This document shows, one piece after another, positions 23,709 through 37,900 of a stretch of 52,572 nucleotides of DNA. This DNA comes from Catajapyx aquilonaris (lineage: Eukaryota): the NCBI GenBank assembly GCA_000934665.2, contig KZ538705.1, positions 1-52,572 on the forward strand, in the 5' to 3' direction. How positions within the stretch are numbered: position 1 is the first letter of the stretch; each line of letters begins with the position of its first letter. The position numbers were made by a program, and so were the translations under genes. A model generated the notes under the pieces. It was not told the origin of the DNA, did no database searches, and saw only the letters and a program-made list of their open reading frames with translations.

Positions 23709-26700
23709 TCAGGCGTTATTTGCGTGCACGCGCATGTGCCTGTTGAGGTTCCCAGACTGCGAGAACCTGAGCAGACACAGCTTGCATTGGTATGGCTTCT
23801 CCCCGCTGTGTATCCGGAGGTGCTTGGTCAGCGTGGACGAATCGGAGAAGGCCTTCTTGCACATCCTGCACCTGTACGGCCTCTCCCCAGAGTGAGTCCT
23901 CATGTGCGTGGTCACCGATGAGCTCTGGGAGAACCTCCGGTCGCATATGGGACACCTGAATGGCTTTTCTCCAGAGTGGGTCCTCACATGGGCCGTCAAA
24001 TTGGCTGCCTGGCTGAATGACTTGGTGCATTCGGAGCAGCGGTACGGTTTTTCCCCGGAGTGCGTGCGCAGGTGCGTCTTCAACGTGCTGGGACGCGCGT
24101 ATGTCTTGCCGCATATTCGACAGAGATTCGCCTTGGTCTGGAGCTGCTGGCTGCCCGACTCACTGATGTCCATGCAGCTGGTCAGCAGGCCCTTGAAGAC
24201 CGGTCAGATTGTACTTGACTTACTTAACAAAATCATTGTCCAACTTACCTTGGCCGATTGATGAAATGGAACCGCGCGCTTTCGTGCGAATCCGGACCTC
24301 TTGTACGCCTGCTGTTGGTGGCGATGAGCAATCTCAACGCCCATGCCGACCCCTTTGATGGTCAGGTCCTCGCTCAGGGAAGGTCGGAGGTCAAACGCGT
24401 AGGTCGGAGCATGGTATGGCTGTTGCGGTGTACCATACGGAACCTGAAGCACGAAATTAAGAATAGACCTGGCACGAACTGGCAACATTGCCGTGTAATT
24501 TGGGTTGCATCGTACAAGGATGAAGAGTACCCAAATTGCAATCAGACACACCTGCTGCCCTGATGATTGACACCCCTGAGGAAGAGTAGCGGCAGCGACG
24601 GCCGCGGCGGTTGACTGTCCCCAATCCTGGTGATGGTGATGGTGATGGTGCAGTCCTCCTGTTCCCTCCATGGCTACGTTGTACCCGACGCCGGCCACCC
24701 CCATGGTCATGTTCATGGACACGTTGACGCTCATGCTTGGAAACACGCTGGGTGCTGACTGCTGTTGCTGAGGACCCTGGTGGTGGGGGTGGTGGTGTTG
24801 TTGGTGGTGATGGCTGCCAGGGTGATGGTGCAGGTGGTGATGGTGGTGGTGGTGATGGTGGTTGCCGGCCGGGTGTGGAGCGGCCGTTACTGACCCGGAG
24901 AATGTTATGTCTTGCGGGTACTGGTGGGTGTACCCGCCGGGAGACACCAACTGTGCTCAATTAGTGGTTGCTAATTAAAATGTGCGTACGCGGACATACC
25001 TGTGGTCCGTTGACGTATGCGCCAGGACTGTGCGGGTACGGCGAGAACCCGGAGGCCACGGATGCCAGCGGTGACAGCTGCCCGTGGTGATGCACCATCT
25101 GCCCTGGATGGACCACGGCGTGCTTCAGCGAGAGGAGGACGTCTGCCATGTCCTGCGGCTGCTTCTCCTTGCCTCCGAAGACTTCTCTGGTGGTGAAAAG
25201 ATATGGGGCAAACACTGGGACTGTTACCGACATCCACGGCATTCCAGGAGGCATTGTGTTATTGGGGAGGGGTTTATGTCACACAGTCGACACAGACAGC
25301 ATTTGTGTGCTATACTCTTGCGGAATAATGCTTTCAAGGTCTCTGGCATGGTTTGGCATATAATAAAGCATCATCTGCCAATGTTGTTATTTCCAATAAT
25401 CATCATGGACACTCTTGTTTAAAAACATTACATACAGTAGGCGTATATGTACAAAGTGTAAATGACGCATCTCTGGGGGGACCAATATTTTTAATGCATT
25501 TCTTTATAATAATGTAATTAAATATGCTTGTAATGAAAGTTGCTATTTGCAAGAAATGTTTTCGCAGAATGTAACAACCGAAACCCAATTGAAAAATTAA
25601 GCCCAGTGTCTTTTTCCAAAAAAAAAACTAGGTTTGAATGTAAAGATTTTATCGCTTTTCTCTTAAACTGACAATATAGTAATTCTGACAGTAAGAACAG
25701 TAAAAATATGCATTTAATTAATTTTATATACTATAGACTGAGTTGTTTATTTGCATCGAGACTATACCAAGTCACAATGGTGTTCACGAGACTGAATAAC
25801 TGACCTGAGTCACGCTGCACCAACTGGTGGTAGTTACAGTTGCGTCAGGTGTATATTCACTTGCACCTGCCTGCCGCACTGCTAAGTTCTCCAAACATGA
25901 CAAGCAAATGGCAATGTCAAATATTTTCGATAAATGCGCTTAGAATAATGTACTCTGAGCTCTTGACAAGCTAACCAAGTACCTGGCCTAAGGCTAAGAG
26001 CAAAAAATCGGAGTATTTTAAGAAGTGGCCCTTTCTAGTTATGATGCGGTATAGGTCACACATCGTGTTGGTGGCCTATTAGTCGGGATAATTAACTCAT
26101 GCCCAAATGAATGCTCAAAATAACTACCATTGTCCAAAGATTTTAGGCGCGTACAGTACACAGTTTCATTTCATTTACAATAATTAGTATTGCACTCTTA
26201 TCGGTGTTGCACTTCATTATACGCGGATGCTACAATTATTCATTGTTTTCCTGCGGAGGCTTAAGTTTCATTCAAATGTTACAGGTAATTAACGGTAATT
26301 AAACTGTAAGATGCAACGAACTTATATCGCTCGTTAATAATGAAACAGGATCTGATTAACTAGAAGCAACATAATATAAGCACAAGTGCGCAATCAACTC
26401 ATAATAATATTTATGGTCTTTCGCAATATGTAGCCCCGAGATGTACGTATATCCTATGTGTACAGGTTACACGGAAATTAACCTATACCGTCGCTTTTGG
26501 AAATGATATGTGGGTTCTAGGCGATCACTTTGAGTATAATTATGCAACATGGGTCTCCGACGAATAGTTATAATATAAGCTGGGATAATTAACTTTTTAT
26601 TTCATGCTAATTATCTCGGTAACTATGAGTCGGAGACCCATGTTGCATATACTCAAAGTGATCGCCTAGAAACCCTCTGTCATTTCCCAAAGCGACGGTA

Positions 26701-28205
26701 GATTAAATTTCAGAACCCTGTATATAGCAGAGATGAGAAATAATACCGCAATAAATACGCAAAGTAAGCATATTATACCTTTGATATTTGAATAGCTTTA
26801 TTAAATGCTGATAAATTGTTAACATTATTGATTACATGACCTCTTGAGAGGCATTCAAGGAAAGTGAGAGCTTCAGGTATCATTTTACAGCTTGTTCCTT
26901 CCAGGTATAGTCAAATATCGTAGCTGGTGATATAATTTATTGGGTATAACAGATAGAAGTTGAGTATTATCGATGCGAAAGAGTCACAAAAAAGTAACTT
27001 CGGAAGACCCATATTACTTTTAGCACACTGTATAACTAATTGGAAAATTTAATATTATTGGATGGAATTTTCTTCTCACTGTTATAGTTACTGCTAACTT
27101 AGAAGTACCACTGCCAACACAGGTGCTGCTAAGTTAGCAGTAACTATATAGCAGTGGGCAGAAAATTCCACCTATTTCCTTTTTCTTCGTACGCCGCGTG
27201 AGAGAATGTCAGCATTATCAGATATGGTATATTTCTACATGGGACGCCTATTTTTCTCCTGCAACTAGGATGATTTTCATGGAAGAGGTGTGAAAATAGC
27301 GAAACCTATAGTACAATATTATTGCAAAGGAGTTGCAATCAACTGATATTTGCAATATTGTTTGATTTCAATGGCCGCAGGAATCAGCTTGAATGTTCAA
27401 TGAATCTAATCATATTTTAGACCAATATCAAATTTTGTATGTTTCATACCGGTGTTTAATGAGATCAATGATTTTGCAATACTTTGTAGATGACCCTTCA
27501 AATGTGGTATTGCATGGGCATACCTGTCAATTTCAATAAATAATGTTTACTCTGAAAAAAATGCGAATCAAACACATGTGTTTGACTCGCATTTTGTGCT
27601 TTTTGTAACAATGGAAAATGAGAGGCTCTCAATTCCACTTGATACAAAAAGCGCACAAAAAATCCTGCACTTTCCTATTCCTTTGTTGCAGGTACCTTAA
27701 GAGACTGTGCAAAACATTGCAAATTCGCATTGAATGTTGGCATTCTTAGCCACTATAATTCACTTTTTTCGCCACCGAAAACTTAGTGCCCATCAGAGCA
27801 AAATCGGCATCCTAACATTCGTTTGGTTTTGCCAGGCAAATAACAGTTTCAGCTGCATACAAAATAAAAGATCATGCAACAATGAACATACTTGTACGAA
27901 GTGGAGCAAGGGGCGAAGGAGAAGAAGTTTGGCAGCGGGTCGAAGTCGATCGGAGACAAGGAGAAGCTGTTCATGCTGCTGCTGTTGGGCCCCTGTTCCT
28001 CCGGCTGCTGATGGACGATGCTGCTTCCGAGGTCCTCAGCCAGAAAGCTGGTCGACTCTCCAGAAGAGGTGTCGTTGCTTCCAGTCGACGACCCTCCTCC
28101 TCCAAGCAGCTCTTCCTTCCAGATGAAGCAGCTTTTGGCGGCTGGAGAAGGACTTCTCCACTCAATCGGATCTCCAAGATTGTTTGGGACGAAACACCTG
28201 TCCAT
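23709..28205 (-). CDS. gl: Glass C2H2 zinc-finger transcription factor; exons 27892..28205, 25000..25186, 24552..24950, 24249..24443, 23709..24191
   Basis: Five C2H2 fingers [23 protein letters not shown]...[10 protein letters not shown]...[10 protein letters not shown]...[10 protein letters not shown]...[14 protein letters not shown], characteristic of Glass; also [15 protein letters not shown] and [14 protein letters not shown] motifs. Exon phases are consistent. Confidence 0.93.
26463..26720. mobile_element. Palindromic MITE (Tc1/mariner-like ends) in glass intron 1
   Basis: TA|CAGG...CCTG|TA ends; long inverted arms, e.g. TACCGTCGCTTT / AAAGCGACGGTA, CTAGGCGATCACTTTGAGTATA / TATACTCAAAGTGATCGCCTAG and ATGCAACATGGGTCTCCGAC / GTCGGAGACCCATGTTGCAT. 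Confidence 0.85.
27063..27170. mobile_element. ~105-bp hairpin dispersed repeat, copy 1
   Basis: TGGAATTTTC..CACTG..TAGTTACTGCTAACTTAG ... CTAAGTTAGCAGTAACTA..CAGTG..GAAAATTCCA is self-complementary, with a homologous copy at 44493..44596. Confidence 0.8.
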
Positions 28206-31200
28206 CTTTTATATATCGGGCGAAGAGGGGGTGGTCTCTGCTCCAGTGGGAGGCTGGAAGGGTGGGGGGGTTGTACTATTGCTCTGGCTTCTTCTCCGAT
28301 ATTCCTGTCGTAAATGAACCTTCCAAAATGGCAGGGGGTGGGTAGGTGGGTGGAGAGACAGGACTGCTGGGGTGGGGATTGGGCATGTAGTTGGCGTAAT
28401 TATTTTTTTTAAAAAAAAGAAAAAAGGGAAAGGTCTTTTTTTCCCCTGAGCAACTTTGGACCGCCCCCGATCAGATTCAAAAGAAAATTGGAAGCCCCCC
28501 GATGGCTTTGGAACTAAGAAGCCTTTTTTTGTGGAAAGAAGTAGAGGTGTTCAGGGATTGGCTGGAAGGTTCTCTGCGCCCCCGGAACTTGACAAAGGAG
28601 GGGCCCGGATGGTGTCCATGGAAACTCCTGGGTTGTGGGTGGGATTCGGGGGGGCCCTCGATGTAGCTCCGAAGCCGTAGGACTGGTTTTGATGTGGGGC
28701 TGTTTCATCTCCCCTCCCACACCGTGGTCTTTTTTCCAAAATGGAGGACGGCTTGCTGCTGCTGGATATATCTAATTAGGTTTTCTGGGGGTGTTTCGAT
28801 GGGGCTTCTTTCGCCCTCGTTTTGATTTTGTCCCCAGTTTTGCAGGCTCTCCTTGTATAAGGAATTTTCTATTACAGCGCGGTGTGTGTGACTGATGATG
28901 ATGATGGAGCTTGATGGGTTTCAGATCCAATCGGCGCGGTTATAGAGCTTTATTATAGTACAGTACTTCCGGAGAACTTGATTGACTTCTCTGGCTGTTA
29001 CGGAGTTTCGCAACACCTCTTCTTTTTGATTACAATAATTGAAGCCTTGATTTCCTCAGCAGTGTTTCAGAGCCACATTTTGTCCGAACTGATGAATTAG
29101 GCATTGTGTCGTATAGCCCTTTAAGCGCACTTCCGGCCTGTCCACAGTTACGTTTATATATATTTTTCTGTCTTAGAAAAAATCGAGAAATGTTGCCAAA
29201 AACTATAGAATCAATATAATAATAACAATCATTTCATAGTGACTCCGATCATGTTTTAATTGCAATCCCTTTGTAAAAATGGACAATGGTGATCTTTCAT
29301 AACTTTTGGGGATAATTTTAATGTAAGTAAATATTTTCCCAGTTACTCCAAAATAACTGAGTTTTTTCAGCAGGGTTGTGTCCTGCAGGGCATAGATTAC
29401 ACTATAGGCAAATTATCTGCGCTGTTTACTGGAAACGTGGCATTTAAACACGTCAGAGAGCCAGCTTTCTTGTGATCAGCATGCTAAAGTGCAAGACCAC
29501 ACATGTGCTTTATATGTCTCAGGAGTTATAATTAACAGATGCATTTGATAAAATAATAATTATAGAACTTTGTGGCCGCCTTGCCTATATATTAGGAGAA
29601 GATAGTAATGACAATGCAATGAACCAACCAGAAACTTCAACAATGGCTGTGAGGGGCCGATCTGCAGAGTCCAAAACAAGAACCACTTTCGAGATTAATC
29701 CAAAGCGAAGATTTGACCTTTATTCATGTGATGTTTACGTGCAGGTGAGTACAGAAAATCCTATAGCTAAACATGAACTTCACCAGGCGATAGAGCGGAA
29801 AAATGCTATAAGTTATAACGACTGATCTTGGTGGGTTTCACTTGTATTCCGACGATTTATACTCCGATTGGTTATATATAGGAAAGGCAACAGGACCTCC
29901 ATCACTCGCAAGGAGCTTGAACGACAAACAAATTAGTGCGCAGTCCTGATTGCTGTTTTTCCTTCTACAAAAACAGGTTCGTCATATTATAAAAGCGTTT
30001 GAAAACATGCAATAAAACTACGACGTGACATGTTATTTCCGCGAGCCCGTCATTAAGTGAATAATGTATTGTGCTCGCAAATTATTAGAAGCAGTCGACA
30101 TATGAAGTATCTAAATAATATCAGTCTTAAAATTCCCTCCTGTATTTTTAACATATGCTCATTATCTCCGGAAAGTTGTAACCTTTTGGGATAGTTATGA
30201 GAATGGAAAACTACCGGGTGTTGAATTAACACTGACCTTATGCGGTTAACTTATGTTTTCCAAGGGCTGTCAGCGTGAGGTTCCGGTACAGGGTCCAGCT
30301 GATTGATGAGTGGTGTGTTTCTTTCCCACTTGCGGACCCCAAAATTAGAGGGGGGTCGGATGCTGTGGCCACAGGATGAACCCTCCAGCCCTCCCTTTCC
30401 CCCTCCAACCACCCCCTCTTTTACCCGGAGTCTCCCTTTCCTCAGCCTATAGCCCACAAATCGCCAATCATTGGTTGCTCTCATGCAGCCCATTTGCACC
30501 CCCCCAATCAAAGAGTGACAATGAATTAATTACAGCAGAGAGTACATAGGTGAGAAAAATTCTGATTGCATATATTGTCATGCATTGTTTTGCAGAAAGT
30601 TCTGAGCGTGCCATAAATTTCAGTCTTATCAGCAATTGCAATGTTATTACCTGCTGCTTACGTATTTAGCATCCTACTCCAAGGTTGACCTATGTCTGGC
30701 TGTCAGTTTTGGTGTCTCCACGTGCCTCATTTGGGCCACATCTGGGGCGAGATTCCCACCCTTTATTTTTTATTTTAAAAAAAAAAAAAAAGATTATTAG
30801 AATTTTGTCGCTGAAACAGGTTGTCAACCGTTCCTTATAGCAGCTTCTGACACGTGCCTGGGAACCGGAAGAAGTTTCGTTATTTCCAGAAATAATTTGA
30901 CCTGGCGGGGTCAGCACATATAGGGTCTCCCGAATCCGTTAATTGGATGTAAAATAAATTTTGTTGAGAGAGGCTGGTGTGTACCGAGGTTAGTTGCATT
31001 TTTTTTAGCGCAATGTTCTTGTATTGATTCGTCGGGACAAGATGCTGGCCACTGTACTTTTGTCCATTTATCGTAAATCCTTCACCCTTCTCTCTTCTCT
31101 GGACAATAATCTGAAATCGACTTTCCTTAATCCAATTACCTGGGTCGACTCTCTCAGGTAGCAATTCCCTTTCTGCCTGCACACGTGGTTCAACCCTCGT

Positions 31201-31241
31201 GCAAACACAGGTGCATGTACTGAACACAAAAAAAGGGGGGG

Positions 31242-31279
31242 NNNNNNNNNNNNNNNNNNNNNNNNNNNNNNNNNNNNNN
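31242..31279. other. Assembly gap
   Basis: Run of N. Confidence 0.99.
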
Positions 31280-34200
31280 CAAAAAAAAAGCGGTGTATCT
31301 CCAACCGATCTGTCAACAGTGATCGAGACCAGGCTTTTACTGGACCGTGGAAATGTCACTGTCTGCCATCAGCTAATATTTCTGTGGCGCGCAACCTTCT
31401 CCAAGAGTGTATAGGGCATGAGGATGAGACGACAATAAAAGGTCCCCCCCTCCTCTGCTGGATCCGGACTGGTAATGAGGGATAGAGATATCAAAGAGCA
31501 ACCGCAGCACGTGCCGATTCAATGGACCAGGATTAACGATATGTACCCAGGGATTTGCGGGCCTGCTTGCCACTCGTTGCACCTATGTACACAGTAAAAA
31601 TATAATAGTATCCGCAGCAAATCAGGTAACTTCAGAGTCCCTGGTTTGATCCGACTTCATTGTTCATAAATTCAATGCCGATCGATTTTATAGAGAAGTC
31701 AAAGAAGCCCGAGAAAATCTTGGCATGATTTTTTTTTTCTTTGTCGTCAATAAGAAAGCTGCACAACTTGGGACCAAGTGAGGCTGTTGTATCCTTTAGG
31801 GAAAAGCGAAACCAGATATTGTCAGCAGTTGTCAAAGCAATCCGGCGAAACACGAGAAGGTCGTGCGGCCACGTGCCTCTCTGCAGGAGACTCCTCTTCA
31901 GAGATGAAAGAGGCTGGGAAATCCCCCCATTTGCAATAATTAGCCCCCTCTTTTAACTAATGTCACCAATCTGGTCACAATAGGGGGGGTTTTTGAGGGG
32001 GGGGGGGGCTACTTAGTGTGGACGCTCTTTTTATGGACGGATTAGATCCATTATAATGGGCGATCAAAAAAAAAGGCTGGAAGAGAGCAATTCTCTGGTA
32101 AAGTTGATCCTTTAGTAATTTGGTGTTGGAGCGTGGGAAGTGGAGGATTATATCAGATGAAAAGGCACTGTAGGCCCCCCAAAAAAAAGAAGTTTTGGGA
32201 CACATGAATCCTGTCGTTGCGCACCTCTCATCTACAAATGTGGGACTCAGGCTGCAAATACACGTCAACATCTCCATTACTGCTGCCAGAATTCAGATAA
32301 TGTGCCCGATTTCTTCAACAATTGCTGTCAGTTTGCGATGTCGGATCACAGAAGTTGAGCAAGCCGATGGTAGCGGATGGTAAATGAAACACGGCATATT
32401 AATAGATGTAGAATATTTTACAACTTGTTGACACAGTTTACAAAGTAATACATAAAATCAGGATAATTTTTATGCGAACACCATAATAGTGAGCAGATAT
32501 GGTAACAAGGACTCCAAAAGGTATTATAATTTTCCCGAGATAAAACACTTGTCGATGAAAATCCCCAAATATATCGATGCAATAACAAGAATAAAACAGC
32601 ATGGCAAGTGTACTGGACCTGCAAATGCCACAAGAAACATGTACTCTCTAATTTAACTAGAGCATATTATGGAACACATTTTTTTTAAACATGTTTACAC
32701 GCAAGATAAAAAATGCAGTATATAACAATAGCAGAAAATATTGGGGAGGAGCACAATATTTCCAGTCAGGTAAAATTAACCACATAACAATTATCACACG
32801 TATACAATGCAATGCATATAACAAGATTTGTAAGCAGAGATTTGCGATCAACATCAAAGGGGCAGAGCTACAAGGAACAGAGATAACTGGTTCATGGTTA
32901 TCCTGCCCAATGAGACTGGTCTTGTTGACACCTAATTATTGAGCACTTTTTTATTGGACCACTTTGTACAAATTTTGATCAAGTTGATGTCGTAGGAGTG
33001 AGTGTGCTCAAGTACGGCAACAAGCTCATCAGTTGGGAATCCAAAACTGCTTATCCGTTCCCATTATTTTCTGACATAATTTTCTTTTTCGCCAACTGCC
33101 GCACTGGCTACCGTCTTCGCTGCCATATTTTGATTGAAGAACCAAAATCATAAGCGACTGTTCCTTGTATCGCTTCGTTTTATGCAGCAAGAGAGGAATA
33201 TATGATTAGTAAATGCTTGGAACTCTTGATGAGCTATACCTACCACAATCAGCTCAATATGATTTCTAGTCAGCACCATTAAGACACTGCTGTGCAGCTA
33301 ATTTAAAATTTTGGTGCTTAAAAATGTGCATGTACAAACACGGGAGATGGGGAGGAAAAATTAGCATGTACATAAAAATATGTAGACATGAGAAATGTTT
33401 GGAAGGGACGCGTAGAAAAAGTAAAAGTCTCCTCTTCTCTTCAGATTCCGTCATGCTTTGAGTGTGACAGTGAGAAAAAAGGCAAGATGACCTGAGGTGA
33501 AATTTGAAAATGTATATGATAGGACAGCATTTAGATCACACTTCCGTTACGCTTCTACCTTTCTCGTCTTTCTTTTATCATTTGGCACTTGCTACACTTG
33601 ATCCGAGAAAAAGATCATAATATGAACTAAATTATAAGGAAGTGACTGCAGTTTAAGTATACAAGAGTTTGGCAGTTCATAAAAGCTTGAACCGTCATTT
33701 TGTACTGTCATAAAAAAGTTTTTAACTAAGTAACAAAAAGCTACCAATGGCTGTTGCACCCTGTGAGATATCAAGAGGATGTGCAATAAAAATAGTTAGG
33801 TACAAAAAAGACTGCCTTGAATGGATAATTCATTACCTTTGCATCCCACCTTAAGTGAAATCCAACCCTAACTTAAATACTGACATTTAAAATGATGAAG
33901 CACAAGGAATCCGCCATCCACATCACTCTTTTGCGGATGGCTTCGATGCAACATCACACATTTTTGATTTGTCATTTGCAAAGCCTTTGCAGGGGAAGAA
34001 CGGAAGATACCCAAGCACCCTTAGTTCTTGTAAGACGTAAGTCGTTCGACAATTAATTCTATATGATCATTATTATCATTTGTCTTGTACTCCACATGGA
34101 ATGAAAACCAGTTCTGTTACATCGGCATACAGTTCAGTCATTGAAATTTCTTCCCCTGCAACGGCAAATGGACTAAACCTGCACAAATGCAGGACAATTA

Positions 34201-34912
34201 TGACGAGCTGTCACTTCAATAAATGGGTATCTGATTATTTCATTTTTTTAGTAAGTACATACTGTAAGTATGGTCATATGGGGCCAACTTTAGCTGCCGC
34301 AATTACTCTAGGTGAGAGTGTAACAAGGTTGAAAATACGTTTAGGAAAGGACAGTTCACTTGTCAGGATTGTCATTCAAGCTCTAAATAGTCAACATCTT
34401 ACTATACCTACCACTGTAAAATGCTTTCATATATGGCAAGAGAGATTCATAAATTCATTGAATCTTCTATTAGAAATAGTTTGGTCTTAGATTGTTCAAT
34501 AAGGTCATATTATCATGTCATTTCAGCATAAGTACGGTATTGAACCACAGGATGCAAAGGCAGTGGCATGTGGTCCCATCAAGCAACACGTAGCGAGAAA
34601 TAATTTTTTTAAAGGGGCTGTACATTGTACTTCCTAATTCACAATAACTGTAATTGACAGTGGAAGTACATGCTACTCAAATAAGAGGGCTGGGAGTGAC
34701 TGGAGTAATCAGATTGGGTTGAAGCAGGTGGAAGTACACTGCTCGACCTGCCTTCAGATCACCACATGCCACTGGGAATGAGTATTGTCGCTAATTTTTT
34801 TAAGAATCCTCAAAGTGAATTTGTGCTTATCGGATGAGACTGAAACCAACAAAGTGACAGGTTGGAAGATTAGCTCATTGAAAAAGCCACGACCCCACCT
34901 CCCTTCACTCAA

Positions 34913-37900
34913 CTACATGACAATCTTTTCCGGGTCTGGCGGCAGCTGCAGCGATTCATACACTGGAGCCCTCGGAGCTATGCCCTTTGACCTCATGTAG
35001 CTGACAAACTGGTCTGGGATCTCAGCCAGCACTTCTTTGGCAAGGCGGAGACGCACCACATTGTAGTCCATGAACTGAACGAAGTTCTGGAAGGGGACGA
35101 ACTGGACGATATCCCTGGCCACCTTCCTACCATGGGAAGACACGGGGACTGTGTCCCCATCCAGCTCTTCCATGGCCGCGAAATCCGCTTGGCCCACACC
35201 AATTATTATGATTGAGATTGGAAGCACCGATGCATTCACTATTGCCTGTTAGGAGACATGAAAAAAAAAAAAAAAAAGGAAAACAATAAGTGCAACAGAA
35301 ATGTAATTGAAAAACAACCTCACTTTTTTTTTAATGGCCATATGAACCAAAAGTGATCCTGCAACACATATTTTCATACGTAAGGCATATAACCCTGTCT
35401 TTGAAGAGAATGGACAGCATGTGACATTGCTATGTAACCTTGAAAAATGAATCAATGGGGGCTGAAATGAAAAAAAGACTGCAACCTTAACCTTTGCTGT
35501 CACTATAGGTGCCCAGCACTTTTCTGTCTGCTCTAGTTTCCTTGCTGGAACCGGATCAATACGAAGTACATTAATCTTGAGGTACACTAAGCCATCCTAC
35601 AACAAAAGCAATTCCCTTCCTCTGAAAGTGATGTCACCATCCCAGTGTTGCGTAGGTGGACAGGAAACAATTTTCTTCACGACAATAGTGCAACTCGGCA
35701 CAACAAGGCTCACCTCTTTAGTTTGTGGCATGTCGGTAATGATTCCGTCAGTGATGATGAGTAGTATGAAGTACTCTGACCCATCCTGCTTCTCCATTGC
35801 GATGCGTGACACGTGATTGATTATAGGTGCAAAGTTGGTGGGCCCATACAGCTGGATGCGCTGGATGCATGATCTATATGCATCCAGCACACCGTCAATT
35901 CTCTCGCAGTAAGGTGACTCAGGGTGGAAGTTGACGAAAAATTCATGGGAGACGCGCCCATCAGGAGGAAGCCTGGCACCAAATCCAAGCACAGGAAATA
36001 GTTTGTCCGTGTCGTAATCCTCTATAATCTCACCCACTGCTCTCAGGGCTTGCTCGTATGGATTCGGGTTAGATGGATGAATGTAATGCAGGGACTCCGA
36101 TGATGTTGGGTTTCCATTGGATGCTTTTGAGTACGAAATAATCAGATAAATTAGAATAAACCTAAATCACTGCACAAAATAAATTTTTAACAATGTGGCT
36201 GTTAAAGATGAAAAGTACATAAAGAGAGAAATGGGAAATTGAGAGAAAATTTCGTTTGCAAATCATCCAGATCATACATCGTCATTGAAACAAGGAGGCT
36301 CAGTGGGAGTGCAAATATCCAAAGAAAATGTATGCCAAATATTATTCCATCGGTAAACAGTTTAGGAAAACAATGTATACAGCCTCCCTGTATGTCATGC
36401 ATAACACTATCGGAGTAATTTCATTACCTGTAAAATCAACAGCGAAGGTGCAGTTGACTTGCGTTCCTCCTCTGATGTAATCCAAAAAGGAATACGCTTG
36501 CTGAACCTTGAAGTGAATGAGATGAATTTCCCCTGAATTCTTGTACTGCTTCTTCTTTTTCTGTAATTAAATTCAGACAGTATGGCAATTAAATAGCGGA
36601 CTAATTGTTCTTGCAGGCAGCTTTGAAAAATGCACACAGTGTCATAAAGAACAACACTACAAATAATGTCTATTTGGAACTGATCAGATACAGTCTATCG
36701 TAAATAATGTTGCTTCTCACTAACGCATCGTAATTACTACAATATGAAAGCAAAACAAGGGCTTACAGATACGACATTGTCTGACTGTCTCGTGTTCATT
36801 TGTCTCGCCTTTGTGATAACTTGACCTTCCGCTATAACTGAAGGGAAAGTTATTAATTTCACTGTCAGTTCCTGTTGTTCTTTACGCCACTGATAATAAT
36901 GCACTGAATTTATTTTTCCATTCCTGCAATCAAGTAAAAAAGTGGTAGAAGTTCTACAATTGAAGGATTGTAATGTCAATTTGTATACAAATTGTAGTGC
37001 CACACTACTACAATGGCGAATTTAAACATTAAGAACATTACTGTTTCTAATGTAGGCTAATAATTATAATTAAGGGTCATTAAAGTTACTGGGCCAACAC
37101 TATGAGAGTTTAAATAAATGTACAGTAAATGCATTAGTTGTTATAGTCTATGTTCATTCCTTCAACTGAGAACCATGCTGGCAAATTACCTCGAGGTATT
37201 GCAAACCAGAAAAAAATCCAACGAAAAAATCGCACTACTCTGTAAGCATTCTAAACAAAGAAGCTTCAAGTATGATGAATATGTTTTGTGCTGCATTGGT
37301 AATATTTGTGTGTGTGCATACTCTGTTGAAAATGACCGATGAATGGTCTTGCTTACCCCGTTACCACCCAGTGCCCCAAAGCATTTGGCCATATCGGCTA
37401 TCGTGTCCTCTGCTATGGACACCGCAGTGGAAGACTCGTACTAAACAAATCGCTGGGTTACAACTTATTTCAAACACTCCACTACACAAGTGATAAGAAT
37501 GATGGCAACAATAACCCAGGGCAGCGCATCGCATTAATTGGTAAATGACAATTTTGAAGACAAAAAAAAACCATCTCATACAAAAGCATCACGTAGCACT
37601 AAAGTAAATTACAGCTTTAAATTTTGTTAAATTTGTCCAATTTACTTGCCTTCATAAGACGTCAAGGGATTCATTACAGCTAAGTGTATAGTCAGACACT
37701 CAAGAAAATTGCATTCATGTATGCATCTATCATGCAGCTAATAATTGAGCCTGTAAGATTCACATCAAGATGAATTACCGTACATGAAAAGGTAATTGCG
37801 GAACTAAAACTCGTCTCATCTTGGGACACATTCAGGGTAATTAAGGCCGCTTCTTAATGGAAATCCCCTTTTTCATCTTGCATATCTAAAGTGTGACCAT

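Noticed and set aside
23646..25422. Overlapping alternative-frame and antisense ORFs in glass
   Set aside because: Expected in GC-rich zinc-finger and low-complexity exons.
27558..27595. Small hairpin AAAATGCGAATCAAACACATGTGTTTGACTCGCATTTT
   Set aside because: Too short and isolated to assign a function or family.
28210..28740. Short Pro-rich minus-strand ORFs upstream of the glass ATG as extra coding exons
   Set aside because: They end in stops before 28205 and I found no convincing in-frame splice path; they are at most uORFs in the 5' UTR.
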